From NCBI GenBank assembly GCA_951406725.2, contig OX597816.1, forward strand, positions 123,876,001 through 123,940,000: a stretch of DNA of 64,000 nt. The letters are read 5' to 3'. Numbering within the stretch: the stretch's first letter is position 1; each line of letters opens with the position of its first letter. Below the pieces are notes generated by a model. That model searched no databases and was not told the origin of the DNA. It saw only the letters and a program-made list of their open reading frames with translations. The DNA comes from Octopus vulgaris (taxonomy: Eukaryota). The position numbers and the translations under genes are program-made. Positions 25,452-38,698 of this stretch are shown here, one piece after another.

Positions 25452-25973
25452 TGTGTGTGAATGAAATGACAACACTACTACAGCAGCATCCCAATAACTC
25501 TATATCTCCCACTTGTCCAAACAGACATAAACACATGTCCAAAAATAGCAGTATCATCACCAGACTCACAAACACCATATACTGTGTTGAGATACTTGGC
25601 ATCAATAATAAGTGCAATGGAACAGCAACTGAGAAGCTGACTATGTCCACCTTGTATACTGTTAATGTTGCCATCACCTGAATCAATGAGAATAATAATA
25701 TAAATTGGATTGCGAAGAGAGTAGAACACGACATGACTGCCAGAAGAAGCAGTATGGTACTCACCTTGGTGGAAGCGTGGTATAAATAAAACAATAGATC
25801 TCTATGTTACACCGAGTTGTCTGGCTGCAAATTAGATCTGTGCAATGATAAATAGATCACCTGGGACTACAGAATACATAGTCAGTTGTTAACTTTGAAT
25901 TGTTCATTTGACTTTATAATTCTAGAAACTCTCTTTGTACATTTATATGTGTGTGTACACACACACACATACA

Positions 25974-26194
<221 letters not shown>

Positions 26195-26199
26195 TTCTC

Positions 26200-26602
26200 T
26201 TTCTCTTTCTCTTTTACTTGTTTCAGTCATTTGACTGCGGCCATGCTGGAGCACCGCCTTTAATCGAGCAACTCGACCCCGGGACTTATTCTTTGTAAGC
26301 CCAGTACTTATTCTATCGGTCTCTTTTTTGCCGAACCGCTAAGTGACGGGGACGTAAACACACCAGCATCGGTTGTCAAGCAATGCTAGGGGAACAAACA
26401 CAGACACACAAACAAACACATATATATATATACATATATACGACAGGCTTCTTTCAGTTTCCGTCTACCAAATCCACTCACAAGGCATTGGTCGGCCCGG
26501 GGCTATAGCAGAAGACACCTGCCCAAGATGCCACGCAGTGGGACTGAACCCGGAACCATGTGGTTGGTTAGCAAGCTACTTACCACACAGCCACTCCTAT
26601 GC
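26200..26602 (-). mobile_element. Young SINE family A copy
   Basis: Full length with CpGs retained (gaccccggg, gccgaaccg, ggtcggcccgggg); Pol III boxes on the minus strand. Confidence 0.9.
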
Positions 26603-26611
26603 TTATGTTTA

Positions 26612-26651
<40 letters not shown>

Positions 26652-27224
26652 CATAGATAAATATATACATATACGTACATACATCCTCCTCATCATCATC
26701 ATCATCATCGTTTAACGTCCGCTTTCCATGCTAGTATGGGTTGCACAATTTAACTGAGGACTGGCGAACCAGATGGCTGCACCAGGCTCCAATCTTGATC
26801 TGGCAGAGTTTCTACAGCTGGATGCCCTTCCTAATGCCAGCCATTCCAAGAGTGTAGTGGGTGCTTTTACTTGCCATCGGCATGAGGGTCAGACAGGTGG
26901 TACTGGCAACAGTCACGCTCAAATGGTGTTTTTACATGCCACCTGCACAGGAGCCAGTATTTATATATATACATATATATATATGTGTGTATATGTGTGT
27001 GTATGTAAATATATATGTATGTATGTTTATAGACAGGTATAGAAAACACTACCCTCCAAAATGAATATTATTTGTAAAAAAATAGCTAAAAATAGAAAAA
27101 TAATATATGTAAAAAGCAACTAAAAATCAAAAATATATGCAAGAAAATGTCTAAAAATGGGAATATATACATACGAAAACTGTTGAAGATTAGAAGTTAC
27201 TAAAATATCTTAAAATATAAAGAA

Positions 27225-27301
<77 letters not shown>

Positions 27302-27428
27302 ATAGAAATCTTTACTTAAATATATTCAATGAGAATATTATATACTTAATTTATATTGAGTGCTCTATTGTATCGAAGTATTAATAGTATTAAAGTATTT
27401 ATATATTTAATACGAGCAATTATATATG

Positions 27429-27470
<42 letters not shown>

Positions 27471-27637
27471 CATTAATATCAGGAAATCAATATTAGAATA
27501 TTCTTCAGAAAGATATATATGTGTGTAAAATAATTGTATTAAAAATATAAATGTATATAAAAATATATGTAAATATGTATAAGTATAAATATATAATGTA
27601 TATGACAGTTTAAAAGTTTTGAATTAAGTTTTAAAGC

Positions 27638-27727
27638 ATCTTACGATCGTTTTACAGAAGTGCTGTCCCTATAATGGAATCCTATATTGATAGGCATTTA
27701 TAGACAACTCTTCTGCTCTTTAGAGAT
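27638..27727 (-). ncRNA. Decayed type I hammerhead with long stem II
   Basis: Minus: ATCT CTAAAGA GCAGAAG [..] CTTCTGT AAA ACGATCGT A AGAT; stem I ATCT/AGAT, palindromic stem III ACGATCGT, GUA triplet; G5 and G12 mutated to A. Confidence 0.55.
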
Positions 27728-27887
27728 ATAAAATTTGAATTTTGTATATGTCGAATGGTAGTTTTTTTTAAAATTTGAAGTAATACTATAAAATGGTGTT
27801 TATTTCAAATATAAATTAAAAATTAAAAATTACTGCTTTTGAACTATAATTGGAATACAAGATAATATAATGAATTTTATACATAAA

Positions 27888-28401
27888 CTAGCAGTATCGC
27901 CCGGCGTTGCTCGGGTTTGTAAGGGAAATAACTATATAAGCATTTTTAGAGAGTTACTTCCCTTATAGATGCCAATTTGGGCTTTCTTAGCCATTTCTGT
28001 TTTGGTGTCTTCAAGCCATGAAGTCGTTCTAAAAGAACACTGGTCTCCTTGACAACGCTTTACGACGTTGATTTCCTTACACTCCCTTCCCCACAGCTTC
28101 ACGAGGGAGGGAAGAAGGGGGAGAAGCAAACACAGGTGCAGGTGTTTGAGCGTGGACGCCAACTCCGCCGCCATCGACACACGAAAAATTATGCATTAAA
28201 ATGGAATAAAAAATGATGTTAAATTATTTTTTAAATCGTAGACTCATCGTAGATGCGCGCTAATAGCCAGACGTGCTCGATATTAATCACGACTATAAGA
28301 TACCCGAATTTGGTTAAACTGCACCGCAAAATGTGGGAGGAGTTAGGAATCTAAATCGAAGGGGACAGACACTCACACAACTACAGTTTTATATATATAG
28401 A
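27888..28401 (-). mobile_element. Non-autonomous Helitron (514 bp)
   Basis: Minus strand starts a|TCTATATATATAAAA and ends with hairpin CCCGAGCAACGCCGGG, 8 nt, CTAG|t; inserted between A and T with no TSD; CpG-rich. Confidence 0.88.
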
Positions 28402-28674
28402 TATTATGGATTATTACGGAAGACTAACCAAGGAAGTATATTTAGATTTAAAGACTCTCACACTAAAGTGTACTTACCAAGATCTAAACTGTTAATATAA
28501 GAATGTGAAGGAGATAGTTGAATAACTGTAAACTTGCTTTCGGGCCACCCTGTATATACACACATGCACGCGTGCACACACACACACACACACACACACA
28601 AACATATATACACACATGATGGGTATCTTTCTGTTTCCATTTACCAAATCCACTCATGAAGCTTTGATTGGCCT

Positions 28675-29230
28675 CTTTTACTCTTTTACTCATTTATTCA
28701 TTTACTTGTTTCAATCATTTGACTGTGGTCATGCTGGAGCACTGCCTTGAATGGATTTTTAGTAGAAGACATTGTCCCCAGGACTTATTCTTTGTAAACT
28801 TAATACTTATTCTATCAATCTCTTTTGCTGAGCTGCTAAGTTATGGGGATGTAAACACACCAACATCGGTTGTCAAGCGATGGTAGTGGGGGGACAAATA
28901 TAGACACAGCTACATAAATATATGCACATATATAAATATATACATTTACTCACACACGCACACACACACACAACAGGCTTCTTTCAGTTTCTGTCTATCA
29001 AATCCTCACACAAGGCTTTGTTTAGCCCAAGGCTATAGCAGAAGACACTCACCGAAGGTGCCATGTATTGGGACTGAACCTGGAACCATGTGGTTGGTAA
29101 GCAAGATGCTTACTATGCAGTCACACTGGGGCTATAGTAGAAAATACTTGCCCATAGTGCCATGCAGTGGGACAGAAGAACCTGAAACCATGTGGTTAGA
29201 AAGCAAACTTCTGATGACAGTCATGCCTGC
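28675..29230 (-). mobile_element. SINE family A copy with partially duplicated head
   Basis: Family A body; the head segment gtgccatg..gtgggac..aaccatgtggtt occurs twice (29057, 29157). Confidence 0.75.
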
Positions 29231-30329
29231 ACTAAACCATGCTTGTGCTTAACCACACCCAAACCTAGTAATTAAAATACTTTATGAAATATCCCCGTTA
29301 ATGATGTGTGCAACTATTATATAGTATTATGATTAAATAACCATAGGTCATTAGTAATTTTGCTCTCTGTTACAGAGTCACTGTAAGATTCAGATGTAGA
29401 AAAATATATATCTCAAGGAATACCAACAACCAGTAGATTTATTAATTAGTGAGCATTCACGGAAGAAATAAGTATTCATATGTTCAAAGATCTAGATTTC
29501 TCATTTACTGCTTCTCATATTGTGAAAAGAATTATTATGATTGGCTGAGGAGATACTTTTGAGCATTGCAGAAACATTACTATTGATAATTATATATTTA
29601 GGCATTTTATTAGATCAAGGAATATTAGATCAAGGAATTCTGAAATGTCTAACTTAAAGAAAATTGGACTTTAGTTATCAGTGTGGAAGGAAGTTAATAT
29701 TATTCTTCAGATATTTCTTTATAAATTTAATTTTCCATTAGACTTAATCATAGCTCTTATTTCAGTTATAGGATAGATGTAAAATTAAATAAACTATGAT
29801 ACACATATGTTATAATAGTTTTAGTCATTTGCCAAATGAGGTTGACAGATATCATCAGAACATTTAATCTTTCATTACAGGTAATTGACTGACACATATT
29901 CTTTAACTCTGCAGTGTAGTAGCTTGTAAATAGAGTACCAATCTATTTCCCAAAGGATTGGTTGTTCATGTATTGATGTTACAGTGTGAATTAAATGGAA
30001 CTGCTTGCTGCCTCACACATTATTTGTTTGCAATACTCAAAGAGACATTTTGCAATTCAGCTAAAGTTCTACTCATACAGACAGGACCTGATGTTGACCC
30101 ATCTCAAAACTAATGATAACAAAATGCATATGTTAGTCATGATTCTGCCCTTGTATTCCATAGTGCAATGAACATACTGTTTCTTGGAGACTTTTGATGG
30201 TGCAACCACAAGGTTCATCCTGAATATTCTCATCTGGAACACTATAGTTCTATATCAACTCAGCCTAGAGTTAAGCTAAGTGGCACAACTTAAGTCCATT
30301 TTTATTAAAGGCCAAGTCTTGGCACAGAC

Positions 30330-31200
30330 AAACCACTTCAACATTATAGACAGTAAAATCAGTAATGGTAGCAGGTTTAGTGATGAATTTTTAGTATCAC
30401 TGAAGTCATGATGAAAACATTTTTTTAAACAGACAACACTATTGGGGATTTCTTATTTTGTTACTTCTTATTTTTTATTTTCCAGATGGCCAGTTGCTTG
30501 ACTGTTTAGGAGCGAGCTAAGATAGCAGCATGCTATGAAGTGTGGAATTCCCTTGTTTTGGTTCAGAGATGGTGGCGTGCATGGAAAGGTAAGCATGCAA
30601 CACTACATCTGGTGACAACAAAAAGTTAAAATGCAAAGCTGATGACCACGGGCTCTGTGAATGATGCAAGAAGTGACTGTCCAACCACATCCCAATTGGT
30701 GGAGAACATGGCAACAGTGAAGGAAATGTTTAATCACAGCCAACAGAAATCAACACATCAAGCAGCTCATGAAAGTGGACTAACAAGACACACAATACAT
30801 ATAGTGTTACATAAAGAATTGAATTTTTGTCCATGGAAACCCCATTACATGCAGGAGATAAAACCCAAAGACTGTGACCGTAGAAGTCCAAAAGTCCAAA
30901 ACTCCAAGAAGTCCAGATCTCACTCCATGTGATTTTTACCTGTGAGGTTACACAAAAGGGGAGGTTTACAAGACAAAACCTTGCACACCAGAGGACTTGG
31001 AGAAATGGATTCAGGAGGTTCTCAATGGTATCCTAGACAATGTCCTTTGGAAGATTGCTCATTCCATCCCTAGCTGTTTGAGGAAACTGGTTGATGCCAC
31101 TGGTGCTTACATTGAAATATGAAGATTTACTTTCATTTTCTCATATAATAAAGAATATGTATAATTTGTTTCAATAAATTTGTAAAAGGAATATGGATAA
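30330..31200 (+). mobile_element. Internally deleted Tc1/mariner-superfamily (Tc3/maT/rosa-like) transposon
   Basis: N-terminus ERAKIAACYEVWNSL...TGSVND...KSTHQAAHESGLTRHTIHIVLHKELNFCPWK joined directly to PRSPDLTPCDFYL*GYTKGEVY...DATGAYIEI*. Confidence 0.8.
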
Positions 31201-31447
31201 TTAATATAATTACAAGAATAAAATTCTATTCTATCTATATTCAATGTTTGGCAGAAAAAGATCAACAATTTCTTGTGGCGATATAATTCACACTCTGATT
31301 CATTTGCATTTAGGAATATATTATTGTGATCAATCCATTGGTAGAGATATATAGATACTCAGTCATTGTTCCAAGTGATTTATTAAATAGTGGACAATTG
31401 GTATCATCATACCTTAATAAATAGTAGTACATTGTATGATGCGTATT
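31201..31447 (+). repeat. 247-bp direct repeat, copy 1 (copy 2 at 32150-32396)
   Basis: No mismatch found by eye between the two copies; offset 949 bp. Confidence 0.9.
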
Positions 31448-31949
31448 ATTACCAATTTTTAAAGCCTACCTACTTTTAACCCACTTCGTAGATCTATTAT
31501 TGAAGAAAACCAGCTTAGCATTTGGAAGAGAGACGAAGGAACAACACACGTGTTGGTTTAAGAGAAAAATACATATACTGATCCCCTGTTATATATATTT
31601 ACATATAACCACTCTGTTATATGGATCACAGCTTTAGATTATATAAGGCAAATAAGTAGAGTATTGTATTCATTCATGATAAGATACCTGAGATAGATCA
31701 TAACATTATATAAAAATGATAAGTCAGTGATGCCTGTAACCTAGATAAAGCCAAGCTTTCTAGCATGGAAAAGACATAGGTACAATGAAATATTCACTGG
31801 CTTAGACATGTTGAGTGAATGAAAGAAATTTAGTTATTTAGACAAACACTCTAATTTCAGTCATATGAGACATTAGGGTAAACTCCTGGTTGGGATACAA
31901 GGATGTGCTTAAATGTAACCTGAGAAGATAGGATAACGATACAAATGTA

Positions 31950-33000
31950 CAACTGCAGCTGAAAAGAGAAGCCAGTGGGGGAATCCATTCATTTGTTATA
32001 CAACTCACAGCAATTCGTTCAAAGAGTGATCATGGTTTATCAGTAGATTACCTAGGGTATTATCAACAGTATTATGCGTAATAAATAGCTGAGATGTAAA
32101 TAGATAGCCCAAAACACCCAAACTCACATTAATAATGATTCCAAGATATTTAATATAATTACAAGAATAAAATTCTATTCTATCTATATTCAATGTTTGG
32201 CAGAAAAAGATCAACAATTTCTTGTGGCGATATAATTCACACTCTGATTCATTTGCATTTAGGAATATATTATTGTGATCAATCCATTGGTAGAGATATA
32301 TAGATACTCAGTCATTGTTCCAAGTGATTTATTAAATAGTGGACAATTGGTATCATCATACCTTAATAAATAGTAGTACATTGTATGATGCGTATTTTGT
32401 AGATTATTGGTGTATACAAGAATGAATGGATCAAGGACATTAATTTATTTCTTCAAATCCCAATAGATTGATAAATTAAGATCAAGATGATAAGTCAGAT
32501 TTAAACCAAAAGTTTAAGACACCACAAATGCCATAATACATTAATATGGCTTTGAGAAATGTATGATCAACAATAGTAAATGTAATCTGCAGATCAACAA
32601 AGCTTTGCAAATATTTATAGGAATGTTCATTTCTTTTGACTACAAATAAAGCCAGAAACTTTAGTGGGGAACAAATGATAAAGTTGTAATATACTGGCAT
32701 CAGCCAGAAGCAAAGGCTGCTTAAATGAAATGAGATAGCTTTAATCGAAAATTAAAAATAGATCACAAACTTGGCTGTATAGAATCTTCATTCTACTGTA
32801 TGAAACTTGCCATGTTAGTTGCTATAATATTAATCAGAGTAGTACCATTGAATGGTTGCTTTAGAAACCACATTGTCTCGACGACAATAATATTTTCCCA
32901 GGAATTCTATAAGGTCTAAGCTGTTATGATTTGAAAGATCTCTTTTTTCTTCTTTATCAGATTAATAGACATATATGCTTTACAGTTATAGTATTGTAGT
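31950..33000 (-). mobile_element. Heavily decayed non-LTR RT fragment
   Basis: FVDLQITFTIVDH..L...YGI (F.D..KAFD.V.H-like), LRYDDT (YADD-like) and KYLGIII in the expected order. Confidence 0.6.
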
Positions 33001-33343
33001 GAGTAATCTGTTTTCTAGATCAGAATCACTTTCTATGTTTTTTACCAGTTATTCTTCACAATGAGAAAGTATAGTGTATCTTTGTAAGAGCTAGAAATGC
33101 TAACCTTAAGCATAGAGCAGATATAACTGGAATACACTGGAACAGCTCATCTACCACATAAATGTATGACTGAAGTTACAAAGTTTGCTTCACAAATACA
33201 TGGTTTTCTTGTTCAATTCCACTGTATGGCACCTTTGGAAAGTAATTTTACTACCATAGCCTGAGGTCAATCAGTACTTTCAAACTGGAATTTGGTGTGG
33301 AAGCTTGTGGGAGGAATCTGTTATAAAGCTTGTAGGAGGAATC

Positions 33344-33456
33344 TGTTACCACTCAACTTGATCCTGCTCTACTGCTACTCTTGACGTCTAGACTTCTCCC
33401 TCTATATCTACGTATTTGGCTAGCCTACTTCATCGTCTGGGAGTGTCCATACAACA
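33344..33456. mobile_element. Probable short solo LTR (113 bp)
   Basis: TGTT...AACA termini; flanks gaatc/gaatt (5-bp TSD with one mismatch). Confidence 0.45.
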
Positions 33457-33642
33457 GAATTGCATTCATTTTTGACTGGTAAAATTAGTATATCCCACAG
33501 TTTGACACCTTTCAAGGATTCAAGGACATTCATTTTGGCATTTTGGGTTTGCATTGCATTTCCACTAAAGATTTAAATATTTAAATACTAAACTCCTCAT
33601 TGACTACAAAATCCTTTTGTTTCCTTATTGTGACAGTTATTC

Positions 33643-33673
<31 letters not shown>

Positions 33674-33682
33674 TAGAGAGAG

Positions 33683-33719
<37 letters not shown>

Positions 33720-34065
33720 TAGGTACACCCTTTTGCTAATGGTATCATAAATGGTGGGATAGTAGAAAGATAATAAAACTAAGACCCAAAGGACAATCCA
33801 TTAGCACAGATCATTTGAAGGGAAATGCATTTTTAACACACAAAGGGACAGGTATGGCTGTTACCAGACATGCAAAAAGCAATGGTTATTAAGAAGTCCT
33901 AACTGGTTGCTTCCCAATGACTGCTTTTGGGCTCAATCCCACTACATAATATACTTAGACAAGTATCTCCCACTATGACCTCTGGGTGAACAACGTCTTG
34001 TGAGTGGATTTGGTTGATGGAAACAGAAAGAAGCCCTCTCTATATATATACATACATATATATGA

Positions 34066-34122
<57 letters not shown>

Positions 34123-36224
34123 CATATATACGTATTACACACAACTGGCATCTGTGCTACTAGAGCGCTAAGAGCACCATCCAAGTGTGATCGTTGCCAG
34201 GGCCATTGACTGGCACGTAAAAAGCACCATTTGAGTGTGATCATTACCAGCGTAATCTTACTGGCACTTGCGCTGGTGGCACATGAAAAACAACATTCAA
34301 ATGAGGTCATTGCCAGTGCCGCTGGACTGGCTCCTGTGCAGGTGGCATGTAAAAAACACCATTTGAGCGTGGCCGTTGCCAGTACCACCTGACTGGCCCA
34401 CGTGCTGGTGGCATGTAAAAGCACCCACTACACTCTCAGAGTGGTTAGCATTAGGAAGGGCATCCTGCTGTAGAAACTCTGCCAGATCAGATTGGAACCT
34501 AGTGCAGCCATCTGGCTTGCCAGTCCTCAGTCAAACTGTCTAACCCATGCCAGCTTGGAAAGCAGACGTTAAACGATGATGATGATGATATATATTACAT
34601 TCATATTTGTGTTGGATGTATATGCATAGATGTTTGTATGCATGTATTTACTTTTATGAATGAGTTCATGTTTCTCCTAATCTCCTAATCTCCTAATCTC
34701 CATGTGTGCTCCATGGATGGTAAATAACACCCTTGATGTTCATGTGGACAGTGTTGTTTGTTTCCAGTTCTCTGTGTAACCATGTCCAGGCTGCCTGTTG
34801 TTTGATAGACTGGGGGATTATTGCCTTGCTTTGAAACAGGTGGGAGTTGGTATCAGAACGGGCATCTGGCCATAGAAAACTCTGCCTCAACATACACTCA
34901 TCTGACCCTTGCAAGACTGGAAAAGTATGTTAAAATGCTGATGATTATGATGAATATGTATGTATTTGTACATATGTTCATATGCATATTTCTCGTTACA
35001 TATGCTTCATTACAAAATAGGAGTAAAATAGGTATTGTTGTTTGTTCCTTCTTGTGCCATGCCTGGTTCATAAGGGCCGGTTTCCCAGTTTCATTGGCAT
35101 ATAGGTTCTCCACCTGGATGGGACACCAGTTCATCACAGGTGAGCTGCTAGATGCAGGAGGAAAGAGTGAGAGAAAGTTGTGGCAAAGGAGTCAGCAAAA
35201 GTTCACCATTACCTTCTGCCAGAGCCACATGGAGCTTAGATGTTTTACTAATAAACACATGCATTGCTCAGTCTGAGATTCGAACCTGCAATCTCTCAGC
35301 TGCAAGTCCACTGCTCTAATTACTAAGCCATATGCCTCCAAAATAGGTATACATGTAGTAAAACATATAAGACATACTCTATTAGTAATTCTTAAGAGTG
35401 AGAATTAAAATAATTATTGATGTGTATGTATGTATGTATGTATGTATGTATGGTTGTATGTGTGTCTCCTTGACTAGACATCAAGCATCATTATCATACA
35501 AATGGTGGTGCCTGTTTCCAGTTCTCTGTAAAAACCATGCCTAACCATAGGGAAATGTTGCCTTGATTGGAGAAGGGTGAGGGTTGGTGTCAGGAAGGGC
35601 ACATGGCTACAGAAAATCTATTTCAACAAATTCCATCTGACCCATACAGGCACAGAAAAGTAATTATCAAAATTAGGACAAGGGTCAACAACAACGATGA
35701 TGATGATGATGACGACGACCTGATGACAATGATGATGAGAGTGATAGTGATGGTGATGATGATGGAAGTCTCTAAAGAGAAATTTCGCTGAAACTAAATC
35801 CTACAGCTAACACCATTCTACATTTGTATATACATTATAAATGACACACACAATGTTATTGTAATATAATGCTGTTTCAAGTGCATATATTGATTTGAAT
35901 TAAGTTGTATGCATAAATTTATCGAGATTTCACAAACTGAAACTGATCTTCTTAATATTTTCATTCTTGCATTAACATGATATAACCTTGTTATAATGCA
36001 TTTTCAAACCTAATAATACACACTTAGGAGTAAAAATTAAGTAATATTTATTTTTTAGTAATATTTATGCCATAATAGTTGATGCAACATGGTAGCATAC
36101 CCTGTGAAAATAACTGGCAATCAGAGCTTACTCTTCTACATCTTTTGTTGCCATTTAGTTGTTTTTCAGTTCCAGGTCAAGCCTGACTGAACAGGCCAAT
36201 GACCAACCACATTCCACCCATAAC

Positions 36225-36453
36225 CTATTTCTTTACTACCCACAAGGGGCTAAACACAGAGTGGACAAACAAGGACAGACAAAGGGATTAAGTCGATTAC
36301 ATCGACCCCAGTGCATAACTGGTACTTAATTTATCAACCTCGAAAGGATGAAAGGCAAAGTCGACCTCGGCGGAATTTGAACTCAGAACGTAACGGCAGA
36401 TGAAATACCGCTAAGCATTTCACCCAGCATGCTAGAAATTCTGCCAGCTCGCC
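36225..36453 (-). mobile_element. tRNA-derived SINE, family C (young copy)
   Basis: Minus: ggcgagctggcagaa...gagttcaaattccgccgaggtcgactttgcctttcatcctttcg...taagtaccagtt; copies at ~38910-39115, 42530-42750, 48170-48397, 49585-49790, 50890-51060, 59762-59975, 59998-60208. Confidence 0.85.
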
Positions 36454-36746
36454 GTTCCATCCATAACCATTCAATCTTTCTCCATCCATAGTATATCAAG
36501 GAAAATAAGATCTAAAGTGTTATTTCTGGGTTTAAATCTGGTTACTATTTGTAGCAGATTGAGCAGTCATGTAGTAACTTCCTCGTTTGTTTATTTCTTT
36601 AATGGCTTGGATGGTAAATCTAACTTTGAAGTGATAGGTTTAATATGCAGCTTAATTGAATTCCATCACATAAATATTTGGATACTTATAAAAGAGCTCA
36701 CTGCATAGAAAATATTCAAATCAGATAGCTACAGCACATAATTTTA

Positions 36747-36976
36747 TTGGATTAATGCATAATTATGGCAGCATTTTTTTCAACGAATTTTATTCAACAA
36801 AAACATATTTAAAGGATTGTTCCAGAGCATATTCACCATCTACTTCAATTACTGCTTCCTATTTGCTTGGCAGACGGTCATACCATCATTTAAAGATGCT
36901 TTTGTTAAATATTGTTATTGTTTTTGTTGAATAAAATTTGTTGAAGAAAAGCTGCAATAATTATGTACGAACTCAA
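36747..36976. mobile_element. Mariner-derived MITE (230 bp) with TA TSD
   Basis: Inverted ends ttggattaatgcataattatggcagc...ttcaacaaaaaca / tgtttttgttgaa...gctgcaataattatgtacgaactcaa; interior encodes LPSK*EAVIEVDGEY (mariner C-terminus, minus strand). Confidence 0.8.
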
Positions 36977-37371
36977 TATTAGTAGATATTCAGATCAAAT
37001 TGCTCATCTGAAAATGTTATGGACACTACGGTATTTATGACTTACTTACAAAAGAAAAATGGAAAAGAAATAAAAAGGTACAATAGTTATGACACCAATC
37101 ACCTTTGCAGTTTTGAACTCAACTCAATGTCACCTCTACATAAATCCATTCACAGGTTTTCCAGATTATATGTTAAATACTCAGTATTTCTTGCCCTTAT
37201 CTCTGGAACTACATACCCACCTGTTTTTGCTCCACTGGTCTCTAATCTATGATAATTTGATATTTATAACAAAATCTAAGGAAAATAGTAATAGACAGTA
37301 TTAGCAAAGAGAAATACAAAGAGATGAAACAGTGTCATAAATATTATGCAATGAGGTTAAAAAGTAGCTTA

Positions 37372-37830
37372 TCTTATGTTTTGAGCTGAACACTTCTTTG
37401 GCAGGAGTGATATGTTCGCTAGTAGTTCTAGAATAGCAGATGAGGGAGTAGTGAGATTAATGAAGAATTATTATAACAGTGAAGAATAAAGGAGGAAAAG
37501 GAGAAGAAGGGGGGTGGACAAGGTAAAAGTAACAAGAGGGGAACAAATATGAGCAGAATGGGTAATGATCAAAGCTCGGAGAAGATAACAGAAATGCTGG
37601 CAGATTTGAAAACCACTGAGGGAAAGCAGTAAGAACAAGGGGGAAAATGCAAACATTTCACATCCAATAGATCTGAGGGAAAATACTCCCAGGAGGGTGT
37701 TCTCCATAATAAATTTGCTTACAACAGATTCTCACATGTAATACAGTGATCTGGAAAAAACTTAGATCAACTGAGTAATGATTGCATGGATGATCTGAGA
37801 AAATGGAGTTTTGCCAGTTTACTATATTAC
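37372..37830 (-). mobile_element. Decayed Penelope-like 3' end (GIY-YIG remnant plus HHR remnant)
   Basis: HCITC../CCKQIYYGE across a frameshift; downstream CCAAAGA A GTGttcagCTC AAAA CAT A aga at 37372-37405 resembles the motif at 18277-18309. Confidence 0.45.
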
Positions 37831-38665
37831 ATATGTGTGACCCTGACATATTTGTATATCACATACATAACACTGTCTTTCAGTAGCTTCCCTCAGGTGT
37901 ATATGCAAAGGACTCTACCACACACACACACACATAGAGTCACTCATTAATTTAAACTATGTTGTACCCATAAAAAACTCAATTATTTCAATATAAGAAG
38001 ACATTTGATATCGAATCTATTCAATTTAAATGTATAAAACAATATGCCACAACAACAACAGTTCCTGCTGTTAATATGATTAACGTTAATACAGTTGAAT
38101 TAATTCTATATGCCATGTGTAGTGGTGGCAGTGTAGTGGTGGTGGCAAATAATATCCTTAAGGTCAGCATTTACTTTTGTGCAACTACTTTTATGCTCCT
38201 TAGCTAATTCAATTCACAACCAAATTAAATGGGGTTAAGATCAATGAAAAGGACCAGTACTCAACATATTTTCTGGCATACATGTTGAATTCTTCATATC
38301 AAAATTTACATCCATCAATGGTTAGATTATTTGTACACCAAGATGACTTTGAAGGACCAAAAATTTCATTTGATATTGTTTTCAAATTGCCATATTTCTG
38401 TTAATTTTAAAGACCATTAAGTATAGTTAAGCATACTTAAAAGATCGAGATGAGGGGAATTTATTACTAAAAGCTGACTAAAAATTGGTATAGCAGAAAA
38501 AAAGTTACAGAATAAAAAGATGTGAAATTTGAGGGTGATCACTGGGGCACCAAACTGTTGGTATGCCTATGTCTGTGTGTGAGTGTGTGTATGTGTATAT
38601 GCATGCGTGCACGTGCATGCATGTGTACACACATATGCATGCACACACATGCATGCTCGCATACA

Positions 38666-38698
<33 letters not shown>

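Noticed and set aside
31201-32396. The 247-bp direct repeats as LTRs of a TRIM
   Set aside because: No TG..CA ends, PBS, PPT or TSD; the repeat is a piece of LINE RT coding sequence
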